64,000 bases of DNA from a bacterium (GCA_037133395.1 JBAXOG010000004.1:19-64018); one strand, 5' to 3'. Shown: positions 47,131 to 57,296, numbered from the stretch's first letter. Program-made: numbers and translations. The notes: generated by a model not told the origin, from the letters alone.

Positions 47131-48528
47131 ATGAATTTTTTTAACAGTATGTCGCGCAATAAGGAGCTGGTCGTGCCCATCGAGGCAGGGCACGTCCGCA
47201 TGTATACGTGCGGACCGACGGTTTATAATTTTGCGCATATCGGGAATTTTCGCGCCTATACGTTTGAGGATATTCTTCGCCGGGCGATCCAGTTCAATGG
47301 TTGCCGCGTGACACAAGTAATGAATCTGACGGATGTGGACGACAAAACCATCCGGGGAGCCAAGGCGGCAGGTGTTCCGCTCAAGACCTTTACCGCGCCC
47401 TTTGTCCAAGCGTTTTTCGCGGATTTGAAGGCCATCAATATTCAGCCCGCAGAGATTTACCCAGCCGCGACAGATCATATTCCAGAGATGATTGCGTTGG
47501 TCGAGCGTCTCTTTGAAAAGAGTTTAGCTTATCAGTCGGATGATGGGTCGGTCTATTTCAGCGTGTCTCGATTGCCGCAGTACGGTAGACTCGCTCATCT
47601 TGACCGCGAACATTTGCGTGTGGGCGCCCGCGTGGCGGATGATGAATACGAGAAGGAAGGCTACGGCGATTTCGCGCTCTGGAAGGCGTATGATGCTTCC
47701 GATGGCGATGTTGTCTGGGATTCGCCGTGGGGCAGGGGACGTCCAGGATGGCATCTCGAATGTTCCGCTATGGCCATGAAGTATCTGGGCGACACGTTCG
47801 ATATCCATACGGGCGGCATTGACAATCTCTTTCCGCATCATGAAAATGAAATCGCTCAGACCGAAGGCGCGACCGGAAAGACGTTTGTGAATCTCTGGAT
47901 GCACTGCGCGCATCTGCGGGTCAATGGCGAGAAGATGTCTAAGTCGCTCGGCAACTTCTTCACGTTGCGCGATTTAATCGCTAAAGGATACACCGGTCGT
48001 GAGATTCGTTACGTGCTGATTAACGGACACTACCGCCAGGCGCTTAATTTTACCTTCGATGCGCTAGGGGCCGCCCGCAGTTCGCTCGCCCGCATTGACG
48101 AATGCATCGACGCGTTGGAGGAGATTGCTGTATCCAAGAACGCGATTGATGCAGACAACCCCTGCCTTGTTGATTTTACAGCGGCGGTCAATGATGACCT
48201 TAATATTCCAGAGGCTGTTGCGGCCTTGTTTGCCTTAGTTCGCGAGAGCAATGTCGCCCTGAGTCAAGGCGTGTTGAAGCCGCAAGAAGCTGCGACTATT
48301 TTGGCCGTGTTTGAAAAGATGGATACCGTGCTTGGGGTCGTGCGCTTTGGGCGTGTGCAAAAGGAGGATGGCGTACCGGCTGAGATCCAGGCCCTAGTAG
48401 ATGCGCGCGCCACCGCACGTACTGCCAAGCAGTGGGCTGAATCCGACCGGCTTCGCGATGAACTCGCCGCTAAGGGCTGGGAAATCCGAGATGGCAAAGA
48501 CGGCCAGAAAATTAAAAGTTTAAAGTGA
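47131..48528 (+). CDS. cysS: Cysteine--tRNA ligase
   Basis: YTCGPTVY..AHIGN, DFALWK, GRPGWHLECSAM, FPHHENE, KMSKS. Confidence 0.98.
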   Translation: MNFFNSMSRNKELVVPIEAGHVRMYTCGPTVYNFAHIGNFRAYTFEDILRRAIQFNGCRVTQVMNLTDVDDKTIRGAKAAGVPLKTFTAPFVQAFFADLKAINIQPAEIYPAATDHIPEMIALVERLFEKSLAYQSDDGSVYFSVSRLPQYGRLAHLDREHLRVGARVADDEYEKEGYGDFALWKAYDASDGDVVWDSPWGRGRPGWHLECSAMAMKYLGDTFDIHTGGIDNLFPHHENEIAQTEGATGKTFVNLWMHCAHLRVNGEKMSKSLGNFFTLRDLIAKGYTGREIRYVLINGHYRQALNFTFDALGAARSSLARIDECIDALEEIAVSKNAIDADNPCLVDFTAAVNDDLNIPEAVAALFALVRESNVALSQGVLKPQEAATILAVFEKMDTVLGVVRFGRVQKEDGVPAEIQALVDARATARTAKQWAESDRLRDELAAKGWEIRDGKDGQKIKSLK

Positions 48529-48531
48529 AAA

Positions 48532-49170
48532 ATGCACGGTAAATTTATTACTTTCGAAGGACCGGAGGGCAGCGGCAAGTCGACGCATATTAAGTTGCTG
48601 AAGGCTTTTCTGGAAGCACGCGGCATCGAAGTTGTCTTGACGCGTGAACCAGGGGGCACGCCGCTGGGTGAAGAGATCCGAAAGATCCTGCAGCATGACC
48701 ACAGCGAGGCGCCTGTACCGCATGCAGAGGTTCTACTCTTTCTGGCGAGCCGCGCCCAGCATGTCGAGCGGCTGATCCGGCCCGCGTTGGCGGAAGGGAA
48801 GTGGGTTTTGTGTGACCGCTTTGATGATTCGACTTTTGCGTATCAGGGATATGGTCGCGGATTTGAGATGGCGGGCTTGAAAGCAGTCAATGCGTTTGCC
48901 ATCAGCGGGTTGCGCCCGGATTTGACCGTGCTCCTCGATGTTGAGCCGCAGACGAGTCGTGAACGTCTGGCAGCCCGTCAGGCGCAGACGGCCACAGCTC
49001 CTGATCGTATTGAACGCGAGGCCGTTGCATTTCATGAAAAGGTCCGTAAAGGATTCCTTGCGCTTGCAGCAGAGGAGCCGGATCGTATTGCGGTAATTAG
49101 CACGGAGCGCGATCGTGAAGCAGTTGCCGCTGATGTTCGGCGGGCAATCGAAAACAAATTTTTCCAGTAA
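48532..49170 (+). CDS. tmk: Thymidylate (dTMP) kinase
   Basis: FITFEGPEGSGKST, TREPGGT, LFLASRAQH, CDRF.DST.AYQG. Confidence 0.96.
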   Translation: MHGKFITFEGPEGSGKSTHIKLLKAFLEARGIEVVLTREPGGTPLGEEIRKILQHDHSEAPVPHAEVLLFLASRAQHVERLIRPALAEGKWVLCDRFDDSTFAYQGYGRGFEMAGLKAVNAFAISGLRPDLTVLLDVEPQTSRERLAARQAQTATAPDRIEREAVAFHEKVRKGFLALAAEEPDRIAVISTERDREAVAADVRRAIENKFFQ

Positions 49171-49206
49171 TCGTTATTTTTACGATTCATTTTTAAGTGG
49201 TATGGC

Positions 49207-50181
49207 ATGACTTTTGACGAGACTTTTCTGATGGTGAAACGCGCACTAGATGCTGGACGTCCTGCGCATGGGTATCTTATTGTCGGCTCTGTTCGCGGAC
49301 ATGGCATGGCTCTGGCGATTCGCATCATCCGAACTCTTTTCTGTTCAGCAGAGGAGAAGCCTTGTGGCGTTTGTGACAGTTGCCGGCGTGTCGGGGAGCA
49401 TACGGAACCCGATGTGCATTGGATTTTTCCTGAAATGAAGTCGCGTGTCATCAGTGTGGATCAAATGCGCGAAAAGTTGCTCGCTAACATTTCGCAGACT
49501 TCCTTTGTCGGCGGGTGGAAGGTCGGCGTCCTGGTGGGGGCAGACCGACTCAATGACGCCTCCGCAAATGCTTTTCTGAAGACGCTCGAAGAACCGCCAG
49601 AAAGAACGCTTTTTCTATTGCTGACCGATGCGCCGCAACAGTTGCTCCCGACAATTATCTCACGTTGTCAGAGGATTGATCTGGATGCCTTTCGTGAGTT
49701 GAGCGAGCCTTGGTTGGGGACGTTGGTTTCAACGTTGTCGAGTTCATACTACAAGACGGCGATTGAACGCATGGTCATGTCGAGTCAGTTAACCAAACTG
49801 TTAGAAGAGATCAAAGAGAAGGCAGAGGTTTGGGTTAAAGAAGAAACCACGGCCGATGTGCAGGTCGATGAGGATGATGATGTGTTCAATGCGAAAGTCA
49901 GTGCGCGGTATCGCGAAATACGCATGGACTTTCTGATTACGTTTTCGCGCTGGTATCGGGATTTGTTTATGGTCAAGGCTGGCGGTGAGGAGCTTATTCA
50001 TTTCAAAGATAAGGCTGATTTATTGAAAGAACGTGCAGCGCGGTTGACCCTTGCGCAGACCTTGTACAACGTGAATGCCGTTGAAGAGCTTGCTCGCCAG
50101 TTTGATCGCAATTTAAATGAAGAGAGTGTCCTTGCGTATGCGGTAGACCGTATTTTTCATGGGGTAGGAGATAAAGTGTAA
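49207..50181 (+). CDS. holB: DNA polymerase III delta' subunit
   Basis: HGYL, PCGVCDSC, HTEPD, ANAFLKTLEEPP, LLPTIISRCQ; follows tmk. Confidence 0.9.
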   Translation: MTFDETFLMVKRALDAGRPAHGYLIVGSVRGHGMALAIRIIRTLFCSAEEKPCGVCDSCRRVGEHTEPDVHWIFPEMKSRVISVDQMREKLLANISQTSFVGGWKVGVLVGADRLNDASANAFLKTLEEPPERTLFLLLTDAPQQLLPTIISRCQRIDLDAFRELSEPWLGTLVSTLSSSYYKTAIERMVMSSQLTKLLEEIKEKAEVWVKEETTADVQVDEDDDVFNAKVSARYREIRMDFLITFSRWYRDLFMVKAGGEELIHFKDKADLLKERAARLTLAQTLYNVNAVEELARQFDRNLNEESVLAYAVDRIFHGVGDKV

Positions 50182-51068
50182 TGCAGAAAATTGTCCATGT
50201 ACAAATGCCCGAAGGTGGTGTCCTTGAATGCGCGATGCCTGAAGGCGAGAACGCGGAGGAGTTTAAAGCCGATGCGTATTGCATCTGTGCTTTGGATTAT
50301 GGACAGGATGTTGGGCGCGTCGTGAAAGTGACGGAAGCGAAGGAGGGTGCGGAAGTGCCATCTTTCCGCGTATTACGGAAACAGACGGAGGCGGATGAGA
50401 TCCTCGTTAAGGCAAATATGCGAGTGGCCGAGAAGGCGCGTCATGCTTTCCAGATTTCCATAGCCCATGAGAAGACGCATATTAAAATTTTGCATGTGCG
50501 TTTTTCCTTTATGTGCGAGAGACTTTTCATCCGGTATGGAGCCGTTGTTGTGGTGGATCTCAGGCGCTTTATTAATCAGATTCAACGCGACTTTAAGACC
50601 GTAGTTGATTTGTGGCAATTGGGAGTACGCGATGAGTGTGCGTTCATGGGATGTTTAGGTCACTGCGGACGTTCTGCCTGTTGTTGCACGTGGCAACGAA
50701 AATTTCAGAATTTGTCAACCCAAATGGCGAAGGTTCAGGACGTGCCACTCAATCCTATTACCGCAAATGGTCATTGCGGACGCTTAAAATGCTGTTTGGC
50801 TTTTGAATGTGACCAATACCGCGAGGCTGGTATAGGCTTGCCGGAATCCGGCAGTATTGTGCGCTGTGTGAATGAAGCGCAGGACGCTGAGGGGATTGTC
50901 GTTGGACGCGATGTCATGCGGGGACGGCTCACGGTCCGGACGCGCGAAGGCCGGTTTTTGACACTGACCAAGGAAGATATCTCCGTGGCGCGCCCGTCGC
51001 GCCCGGAACCTTATTCGAAAGGAGAAGACACAAATGAAGATTCTGTTGGTGAATGGACCGAACCTTAA
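50181..51068 (+). CDS. ricT: PSP1 C-terminal domain / RicT (YaaT) family Fe-S protein
   Basis: VDLRRF, QLGVRDE, GHCGRSACC, MAK.Q...LNP...GHCGRLKCCL.FE; tmk-holB-yaaT order. Confidence 0.8.
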   Translation: MQKIVHVQMPEGGVLECAMPEGENAEEFKADAYCICALDYGQDVGRVVKVTEAKEGAEVPSFRVLRKQTEADEILVKANMRVAEKARHAFQISIAHEKTHIKILHVRFSFMCERLFIRYGAVVVVDLRRFINQIQRDFKTVVDLWQLGVRDECAFMGCLGHCGRSACCCTWQRKFQNLSTQMAKVQDVPLNPITANGHCGRLKCCLAFECDQYREAGIGLPESGSIVRCVNEAQDAEGIVVGRDVMRGRLTVRTREGRFLTLTKEDISVARPSRPEPYSKGEDTNEDSVGEWTEP

Positions 51069-51474
51069 GTTGCTCGGCACGCGCGAACCTGCTATTTATG
51101 GGTCAGAGACGCTCGAGCAAATTGTCACGAATGTGTGCACGTATGCTACTGCCAAAGGTGTGCAAATAACGGCGTTTCAAAGTGATTCTGAAGCAGACCT
51201 TGTGCAGACCTTGGGCGCGGCGCGAGGGCAATATGATGGCATGATCATCAATCCTGCGGCCTATACGCATACGAGCATAGCGTTGCGTGATGCAATTGCG
51301 GCATGCGGTGTACCGACCGTGGAAGTCCATCTTTCGAATACGCATAAGCGCGAATCCTTCCGGCAGGTGAGCCTCACCGCCCCGGTATGCGTGGGACAAA
51401 TCATGGGATTTGGCGGCAAGGGATACCTTCTGGCCGTAGATGCGCTGATAGGTATGATGGGGCACAACCAGTAG
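51034..51474 (+). CDS. aroQ: Type II 3-dehydroquinate dehydratase
   Basis: NGPNL.LLGTREP.IYG, INPAAYTHTSIALRDA, EVHLSN...RE.FR. Confidence 0.95.
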   Translation: MKILLVNGPNLKLLGTREPAIYGSETLEQIVTNVCTYATAKGVQITAFQSDSEADLVQTLGAARGQYDGMIINPAAYTHTSIALRDAIAACGVPTVEVHLSNTHKRESFRQVSLTAPVCVGQIMGFGGKGYLLAVDALIGMMGHNQ

Positions 51475-51511
51475 GGGCTTGATAAAGCAAGCCAGATAAA
51501 AGGGAAAAATA

Positions 51512-52426
51512 ATGACAAAAAAAATAGATGTCTGGATGGTAGGTTCGATCGGTATCGATGATGTCGAAACGCGTGACGCGAATCGGAAAGAATTGCTCGG
51601 CGGTTCGTTGCCGTTCGCAACGGCGGCCGCTTCTTTTGCGGGTGCAAATGTAGGAGCCGTGGGCGTGGTGGGAAGCGATTTCCCAAAGGCATTTGAAAAA
51701 CGCTGGAAAAAATTTGGTACCGATCTCGAAGGCGTTCAACACAAGGCAGGCTCGAATTTCCGTTGGGCAGGCAAGTATGATGATAATATGATCGATCGTA
51801 CGACGCTCAAAACAGAATTAGGCGTTTTTGCTGATTTTTCTCCTGTGCTGCCCGAAAATTATCGCACAGCCCCCTTTGTGCTGTTGGGAAATATTCAGCC
51901 TGATCTGCAATTTCATGTGCTGAAGCAGGCGAAGAAGCCAAAATTTGTTGCTCTGGATTCGATGAACCTTTGGATTGATATTGCGCAGCCATCGTTGAAG
52001 AAGATCATCCGTGAAGTTGATTTGTTGACCGTGAACGACGGAGAGGCGCGTCAGTTGACCGGCAAATGGAATCTGCGGGATTGCGCTACTGAGATTCTGA
52101 AGATGGGGCCGACGTATGTGCTCCTCAAGAAGGGTGAGCACGGCGCTCTACTCTTCACGAAAAAAGATGTCTTTATTGTTCCGGCTTATCCAGTGAAGAC
52201 GCTCAAGGATCCCACAGGCGCAGGCGATACGTATGCTGGCGCATTTATGGGGTATCTGTCCAAGGCTAAGGCGTTGAACGTTTGTACGATGCGCAAGGCG
52301 CTCTTCTTTGCCAGTGCCATGGCCTCCTTTTGCGTGGAAGGTTTTAGCATTGAACGACTTGAAAAACTGACCCCGGCTGACGTCGCCAAACGGGTGCGCG
52401 AGTTGGAAAAGATGACGGCGATGTAA
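51512..52426 (+). CDS. PfkB family carbohydrate/nucleoside kinase
   Basis: GS...D, LGGS, N..EA, KKGEHGA, DPTGAGDTYAG. Confidence 0.9.
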   Translation: MTKKIDVWMVGSIGIDDVETRDANRKELLGGSLPFATAAASFAGANVGAVGVVGSDFPKAFEKRWKKFGTDLEGVQHKAGSNFRWAGKYDDNMIDRTTLKTELGVFADFSPVLPENYRTAPFVLLGNIQPDLQFHVLKQAKKPKFVALDSMNLWIDIAQPSLKKIIREVDLLTVNDGEARQLTGKWNLRDCATEILKMGPTYVLLKKGEHGALLFTKKDVFIVPAYPVKTLKDPTGAGDTYAGAFMGYLSKAKALNVCTMRKALFFASAMASFCVEGFSIERLEKLTPADVAKRVRELEKMTAM

Positions 52427-52434
52427 GGGGTCAG

Positions 52435-53397
52435 ATGCGGAAATCCTCCTCCATAATGGCACGGCTCTGGAAACGTTGGGATACGCGGGTGAGCCTGATC
52501 ATTGTGGCTTTGTATGCGCTGGCGGCTGTTTATGGAGAAGGAGTCTATCAGGTTGCGCGTGTGCAGGATCGGACGCCCTCCTATAACGTGGTGCATGAAG
52601 AGCAGCGCTATGTGCCGCCAGCGTTTGTGCGTTGTTTCCAGGGAGGGACGCGCGTCTGCGCGTCCGGGCACGTAGACACGTGCCCCTCCCAGGCGTTGGA
52701 TAAGGGAGAAGGTGCCCGTCCGCTCTATCTGCTGGGGAGCGACAACCTGGGGCGCGATGTCGGCCAGCGCTTGATACAAGGTACACGCATTGCCTTTCAT
52801 GTGGGTATTGTAACCTCACTCATCGCTATTCCGCTGGGAGTCCTGCTCGGATGTCTGGGCGGATACTTTGGCGGCCGTATGGATAGCCTTGTGGTCTGGC
52901 TCTCGGCGACCGTAGCGTCGATGCCAGGCTTACTCTTCATTCTTGCGGTGGCCATGGTCGTTGGCAAGGGCTTGACGGGCATCTATCTGGGAATCGGTCT
53001 GACCACGTGGGTGAGCGTCTGCCGTAATGTGCGCGCAGAGGTGATTAAGCATCGCGGACGTACGTATGTGCTCGCCGCAGATGTGTTGGGGTATAGTCCG
53101 GCGCGGATTATGTTTCGCCACATTTTGCCCAATGTGTCGCATATTATCCTGATCGCCTTTTCGATACGCTTTCCGGCTTCGGTGGCCACTGAAGTCTTTA
53201 TTAGCTTCCTGGGCATTGGCGTGCAGAGCGAACCTTCCTGGGGAATCATGATCAACAATGCGCGTCTGCGCCTGTGGCAGGGTGTCTGGTGGGAGATGAC
53301 CTTTGTGACGTGTTCCATCTTTTTCTTAGTGCTAGCCTTCAACCAGCTTGCCGATGCCCTGCGTGATATGCTCGATCCTGCCCTGCGGAATGAATAA
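52435..53397 (+). CDS. Peptide ABC transporter permease (OppC/DppC-like)
   Basis: LGSDNLGRD, R..RAE...YV.AA..LG....IMFRHILPN, SFLGIG...PSWG, DALRD.LDP. Confidence 0.9.
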   Translation: MRKSSSIMARLWKRWDTRVSLIIVALYALAAVYGEGVYQVARVQDRTPSYNVVHEEQRYVPPAFVRCFQGGTRVCASGHVDTCPSQALDKGEGARPLYLLGSDNLGRDVGQRLIQGTRIAFHVGIVTSLIAIPLGVLLGCLGGYFGGRMDSLVVWLSATVASMPGLLFILAVAMVVGKGLTGIYLGIGLTTWVSVCRNVRAEVIKHRGRTYVLAADVLGYSPARIMFRHILPNVSHIILIAFSIRFPASVATEVFISFLGIGVQSEPSWGIMINNARLRLWQGVWWEMTFVTCSIFFLVLAFNQLADALRDMLDPALRNE

Positions 53398-53430
53398 GTG
53401 AGAAGTGAAAAAGTACAAGTGAAAAGTGAA
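53396..53430 (+). repeat. Heptamer tandem repeat (AAGTGAA-like) at the permease/KamA junction
   Basis: aagtgag-aagtgaa-aaagtac-aagtgaa-aagtgaa, encoding the N-terminal (M)RSEKVQVKSE. Confidence 0.7.
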
Positions 53431-54315
53431 GCGTGGGATCAGGTTCACACGCGTTATCCAGTCAAGCTCTGCGCGTATGTCCGTGAACAGATCCGTAAGT
53501 ATCCAGCTGGAGCACTGGCCCAGCAAGCGTTGCCTTCGCTTGAAGAGTTGCTTGATGAACCAGGTATGGTCGCTGATCCGTTTGCGGAGCAGACGAAAGC
53601 CGCTTGCTGCTATGGCGTGAAGCAACGCTTCCCTAATCGTGTGCTAGTGATGACCTCTGATCAGTGTGCCATGAACTGCCGTCACTGTACCCGCAAGGGA
53701 CTTCTTCATCATGCGGAGGTGATCCGTACCGTCAAGCAGTTGATGGTTGCCGTGGCGTATGTAAAGAAGCATCCACTGGTCCGTGAAGTGCTTTTATCCG
53801 GCGGCGATCCGTTGATGCTGTCGGACGTAAAATTAATGACATTTGTGAAATCCTTTGCGTCATTGCCCCAGATTGATGCTGTTCGCATTGGTACGCGGAT
53901 GCCTGCGGTCAATCCGGTTCGCGTAACCGCAGCACTCGCAAAGAAACTGGGTGACTGCAAGAAGGTGTGGGTCAATACCCAGTTCAATCACGTCAGCGAA
54001 CTGACACCCGAAGCCGTTATCGCTTGCGGACGTTTGGTGGATGCGGGTATCCCGGTCTCGAATCAAAGCGTTCTCTTAAAAGGCGTCAACGATTCCGTTG
54101 ACGCGATGGTGATGTTATGCTCTGCCTTACAACGCGTCCGGGTGCGTCCTTATTATGTTTTTCAGTGCGATCCGGTTGCTGGTATCGCTCATTTCCGAGT
54201 GCCGCTGGCCAAGGCCCGGCGCCTCGCCCGCGAATTACCCAAGCATCTGGGCGGTCTCGCCCTCCCTCGCTTTGTCCGCGACATCCCCGGCGCACTGTGT
54301 AAGCAGGAGCTATAG
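53398..54315 (+). CDS. KamA family radical SAM protein (lysine 2,3-aminomutase/EpmB-like), short form
   Basis: RVL...CAMNCRHCTRK, LLSGGDPL, RIGTRMP, NQSVLLKGVND, PYY..CD, D.PG...K. Start uncertain. Confidence 0.85.
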   Translation: MRSEKVQVKSEAWDQVHTRYPVKLCAYVREQIRKYPAGALAQQALPSLEELLDEPGMVADPFAEQTKAACCYGVKQRFPNRVLVMTSDQCAMNCRHCTRKGLLHHAEVIRTVKQLMVAVAYVKKHPLVREVLLSGGDPLMLSDVKLMTFVKSFASLPQIDAVRIGTRMPAVNPVRVTAALAKKLGDCKKVWVNTQFNHVSELTPEAVIACGRLVDAGIPVSNQSVLLKGVNDSVDAMVMLCSALQRVRVRPYYVFQCDPVAGIAHFRVPLAKARRLARELPKHLGGLALPRFVRDIPGALCKQEL

Positions 54316-56115
54316 CTTCTTCTCTGCGGAATGATCGAAGCGTTCGACTTCGCAGGGCATGTGACGGGAGAGAAGTCCCATCAGGAAGCGGATGCCGTAG
54401 ACGATATGCGTGGCCATCACGCCGAGCCATGTCATGAACCATAGTGCTGGCGAGAGGGAGAAGGACGACACAAGCGTGATGAAGCCGTAAAAGGCCAATA
54501 TGCCGAAATAGGTGGTGAAGAGCCAGGGGTGCAGGAAGGCGAGTGGCAGGCCGATCAGGATGCCTAGGACAAACAGGGTTGGAATAAGATAACTGAAGCG
54601 CAGAGACGTCGATGGGAAACGCTTCGCGAAATGGCCGCGGTGGAGCGCGTAGCGTCCAATCTGGCGCAGATGCGGTCCGAAAAGCGGCCTACGGTGGTGG
54701 TATACGACCACCCATGGATCGTAGACAATGCGCTTTTTCTGTCCAAAAACAATGTCGATGCAGAGGATCGTATCTTCGCCTGGCCAGAAGTCAGTCCGAT
54801 AGCCGTTGATGGCGAGGAGGATATCCCTCCGCACAAAGAGATTGCAGCTCGGGACATCGTCCACCTGCGAGCGTACGCGATCTCCCACGTAACGGTATCT
54901 GAAGTTCCCCGAGACTAAGGCGTTGGCGTAGACACGTCCGCCTGCCTGAGCCATAAAGGGGTCGTTGGAAGGTGTCACACCAGGTCCGCCGACACCGCCG
55001 ACATCCGGCAACGTAAAGTATTTGACGGCATGCTCCAGCCAGTTCGCGACGGGATAGGCATCGTCGTCTAGGAAGGCGACGATTTCGCCCGTGGCCTGCT
55101 GGATACCTAGATTACGCTTTTCTGCAGGCCGTGTATTGCCAGTCGGAATGACTTGAAGTGGAAAGGGGAAGTCTCCTAAGCTGGCCGATTCATTGGGGAG
55201 CACAATGACTTCAAAAGGCGGATAGGTCTGATGTGCCAGGGCGTTCAGGCATTCGATCAGGTAGGGACTTGGCGCTGGGCAGATGATGATCACGGAAACG
55301 GTCAGGGGCTTCTCTTGTTGCGGAGCTACCTCGACACTGCCGTAGTAACGCAAAATGCGCAGACGATAGAAGATCGCAAGTGTGTCCATCATGACCTGTT
55401 TCACGTTTGACCAGGAAAGGCAGCCTAGTTTTACGCCAAACTGCAGGTGAATAGGCGCTTCGGCAACCTTGAAGCCCTTGGCGTGGGCGATGGAGAGGAT
55501 CTCCAAGTCGAAAGCAAAGGCCTTGACCAGCATACGGTCAAAGGCCCACTGCAACGCGTCACGCTTGAAGAGTTTCATCCCCACCTGCGTATCTGTCACG
55601 GGCAATCCGACTAACAAACGGACAAGCGAAAAGTAAATACCACTCGCCAGCCGACGATGCCAAGGATAGTCAACGATTGAATCTGGATGTCGCTTAGAAC
55701 CAATGACGATGGCAGCATGTTCCCGATACATGACCTCGAAAAAAGTTGAAATTTTGGCAGGTGAGAGATCAAGGTCTCCATCCAACAACAAGATATGGGA
55801 GCCTCTGGAAGCGGCAAACCCCCTGCGAAGCGCATTGCCCTTCCCAGCGTTGACCTTGACAAAGACGGGCCGAACCTCCTCTGGATGACGCGCCGTCTCC
55901 TGGTGAATAGCCTGTGCAGTAGCATCGGCACTGCCGTCATCCACAGGGACAACTTCAAAGGAAATGTGCCCGCGGAGCAAGCCGCAAACGGTTTCAATAT
56001 TATCGGCAATGACCTTTTCCAGTCCATAAGCTGGCATGATGATGCTCAAGCACCCCGAAGGACCTAGGCAGGCTTTTGCGGCATCCCAAACTTTTTTGTC
56101 GTTTTCTGTGGTCAT
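54310..56115 (-). CDS. Double-domain GT2 glycosyltransferase (polyprenol-phosphate glycosyltransferase-like domain, second GT2, C-terminal TM)
   Basis: SIIMPAY, DDGSAD, GKG.A, DGDLD, DTQVGMKLF, FAFDLEIL; second domain with RNLG, FLDDDA, GED; hydrophobic C-terminus. Confidence 0.85.
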   Translation of the reverse strand: MTTENDKKVWDAAKACLGPSGCLSIIMPAYGLEKVIADNIETVCGLLRGHISFEVVPVDDGSADATAQAIHQETARHPEEVRPVFVKVNAGKGNALRRGFAASRGSHILLLDGDLDLSPAKISTFFEVMYREHAAIVIGSKRHPDSIVDYPWHRRLASGIYFSLVRLLVGLPVTDTQVGMKLFKRDALQWAFDRMLVKAFAFDLEILSIAHAKGFKVAEAPIHLQFGVKLGCLSWSNVKQVMMDTLAIFYRLRILRYYGSVEVAPQQEKPLTVSVIIICPAPSPYLIECLNALAHQTYPPFEVIVLPNESASLGDFPFPLQVIPTGNTRPAEKRNLGIQQATGEIVAFLDDDAYPVANWLEHAVKYFTLPDVGGVGGPGVTPSNDPFMAQAGGRVYANALVSGNFRYRYVGDRVRSQVDDVPSCNLFVRRDILLAINGYRTDFWPGEDTILCIDIVFGQKKRIVYDPWVVVYHHRRPLFGPHLRQIGRYALHRGHFAKRFPSTSLRFSYLIPTLFVLGILIGLPLAFLHPWLFTTYFGILAFYGFITLVSSFSLSPALWFMTWLGVMATHIVYGIRFLMGLLSRHMPCEVERFDHSAEKKL

Positions 56116-56237
56116 TTGTCCGTCAGCGAAGTAAAATAGAGCCTTTCTTATAGATCATAGAAGAAATCAGTTAAAATGATATTCGAGTTTGGGGAATAAA
56201 CCAATCGAAAAATGACCGGAACGGTATTTTTTTAAGG

Positions 56238-57281
56238 ATGCTTATGATTCGATTTGTTGTAATGATTTTCTGTGGACTTGTTTTTTTGTTGAATGAGGGG
56301 TGCTCAAGAACATCAGCTTCCGTCGTGGAAGCGAAAGAACGAACCACGTCGCTATCTCGAAGCGCACGCGTAGCGGAACAGACGGGCGACTTAAAAGAGG
56401 CGATTCGCTTGTATCGGACAATGCTGGTTGAAGAACCACACGCCTATTCGGTCCATTTTCATCTGGCGACGTTGCTGCAGGACTACGAAGAAGATTATAT
56501 CAGTGCGCTTTATCACTATAAACAATATCTGTCGTTGAGACCCGAAACAGAGAAGACAACACTTGTGCAGGATCGCATCCGGGTAACAGAGCAATTGCTG
56601 GCGCCACAACTGTTGCGTAAGTTGGGCGAGTCGGCCAAGGGGTTGTCGCAAGCCTATTTATTGAAGGAAACCGATACCTTGAAGCGCCAGATTACAAAAT
56701 TAGAAGGCGAGAAGTCGGTCATGAGCGAAGAAAAGGATCGTGCCGAGAAAGCGTTGGCCGCTGCACAAATAGAAACGGAGCGTTTGCGCGAACTCTTAAA
56801 TAAAATGCGTGCTTCTGAAAAAGTGGAGCGGGCTTCGGAAGTGGCTTCCAGCGCAGCTCTTGCTGAGCGTGAACGTGCGGCGGCGAACACCAAGGCGCGG
56901 GACGGGAAGAGCTTGCGCGAGTTACGCAAGGAAGCTGAGGCTATTGCCTCAGACGCAGCAACTCAGACAGGAACGAAGCAAGCTGATGAATCAGCCAGTG
57001 ATGTACTTAAAAAAGTTCAGCAGAAGTTGGATGAATCACGCATCACGCCTAGAGTCGGTGCTTCCGACACAAAGATGGATTCAAAAGTGGCGATGAAGGA
57101 GAAGAAGGGCAAGTCAGTTGAGCCACGGACCTATGTGATTCAGTCCGGCGATTCGCTCTTCCGGGTGTCTGAGAAATTTTATGGCGACACAACACACTGG
57201 AAAAAAATTCGCGATGCTAATCGCACAAACATTGATCCAGATGGGCGTGTCCGTGTTGGTCAAACGATCATCATTCCTTGA
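56238..57281 (+). CDS. Exported TPR / coiled-coil / LysM protein
   Basis: N-terminal hydrophobic segment ending GC, TPR-like helices, coiled coil, C-terminal YVIQSGDSLFRVSEKFYGD...W..I.DAN...VGQTIIIP. Confidence 0.8.
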   Translation: MLMIRFVVMIFCGLVFLLNEGCSRTSASVVEAKERTTSLSRSARVAEQTGDLKEAIRLYRTMLVEEPHAYSVHFHLATLLQDYEEDYISALYHYKQYLSLRPETEKTTLVQDRIRVTEQLLAPQLLRKLGESAKGLSQAYLLKETDTLKRQITKLEGEKSVMSEEKDRAEKALAAAQIETERLRELLNKMRASEKVERASEVASSAALAERERAAANTKARDGKSLRELRKEAEAIASDAATQTGTKQADESASDVLKKVQQKLDESRITPRVGASDTKMDSKVAMKEKKGKSVEPRTYVIQSGDSLFRVSEKFYGDTTHWKKIRDANRTNIDPDGRVRVGQTIIIP

Positions 57282-57296
57282 GGTAGGGCGATAAGC

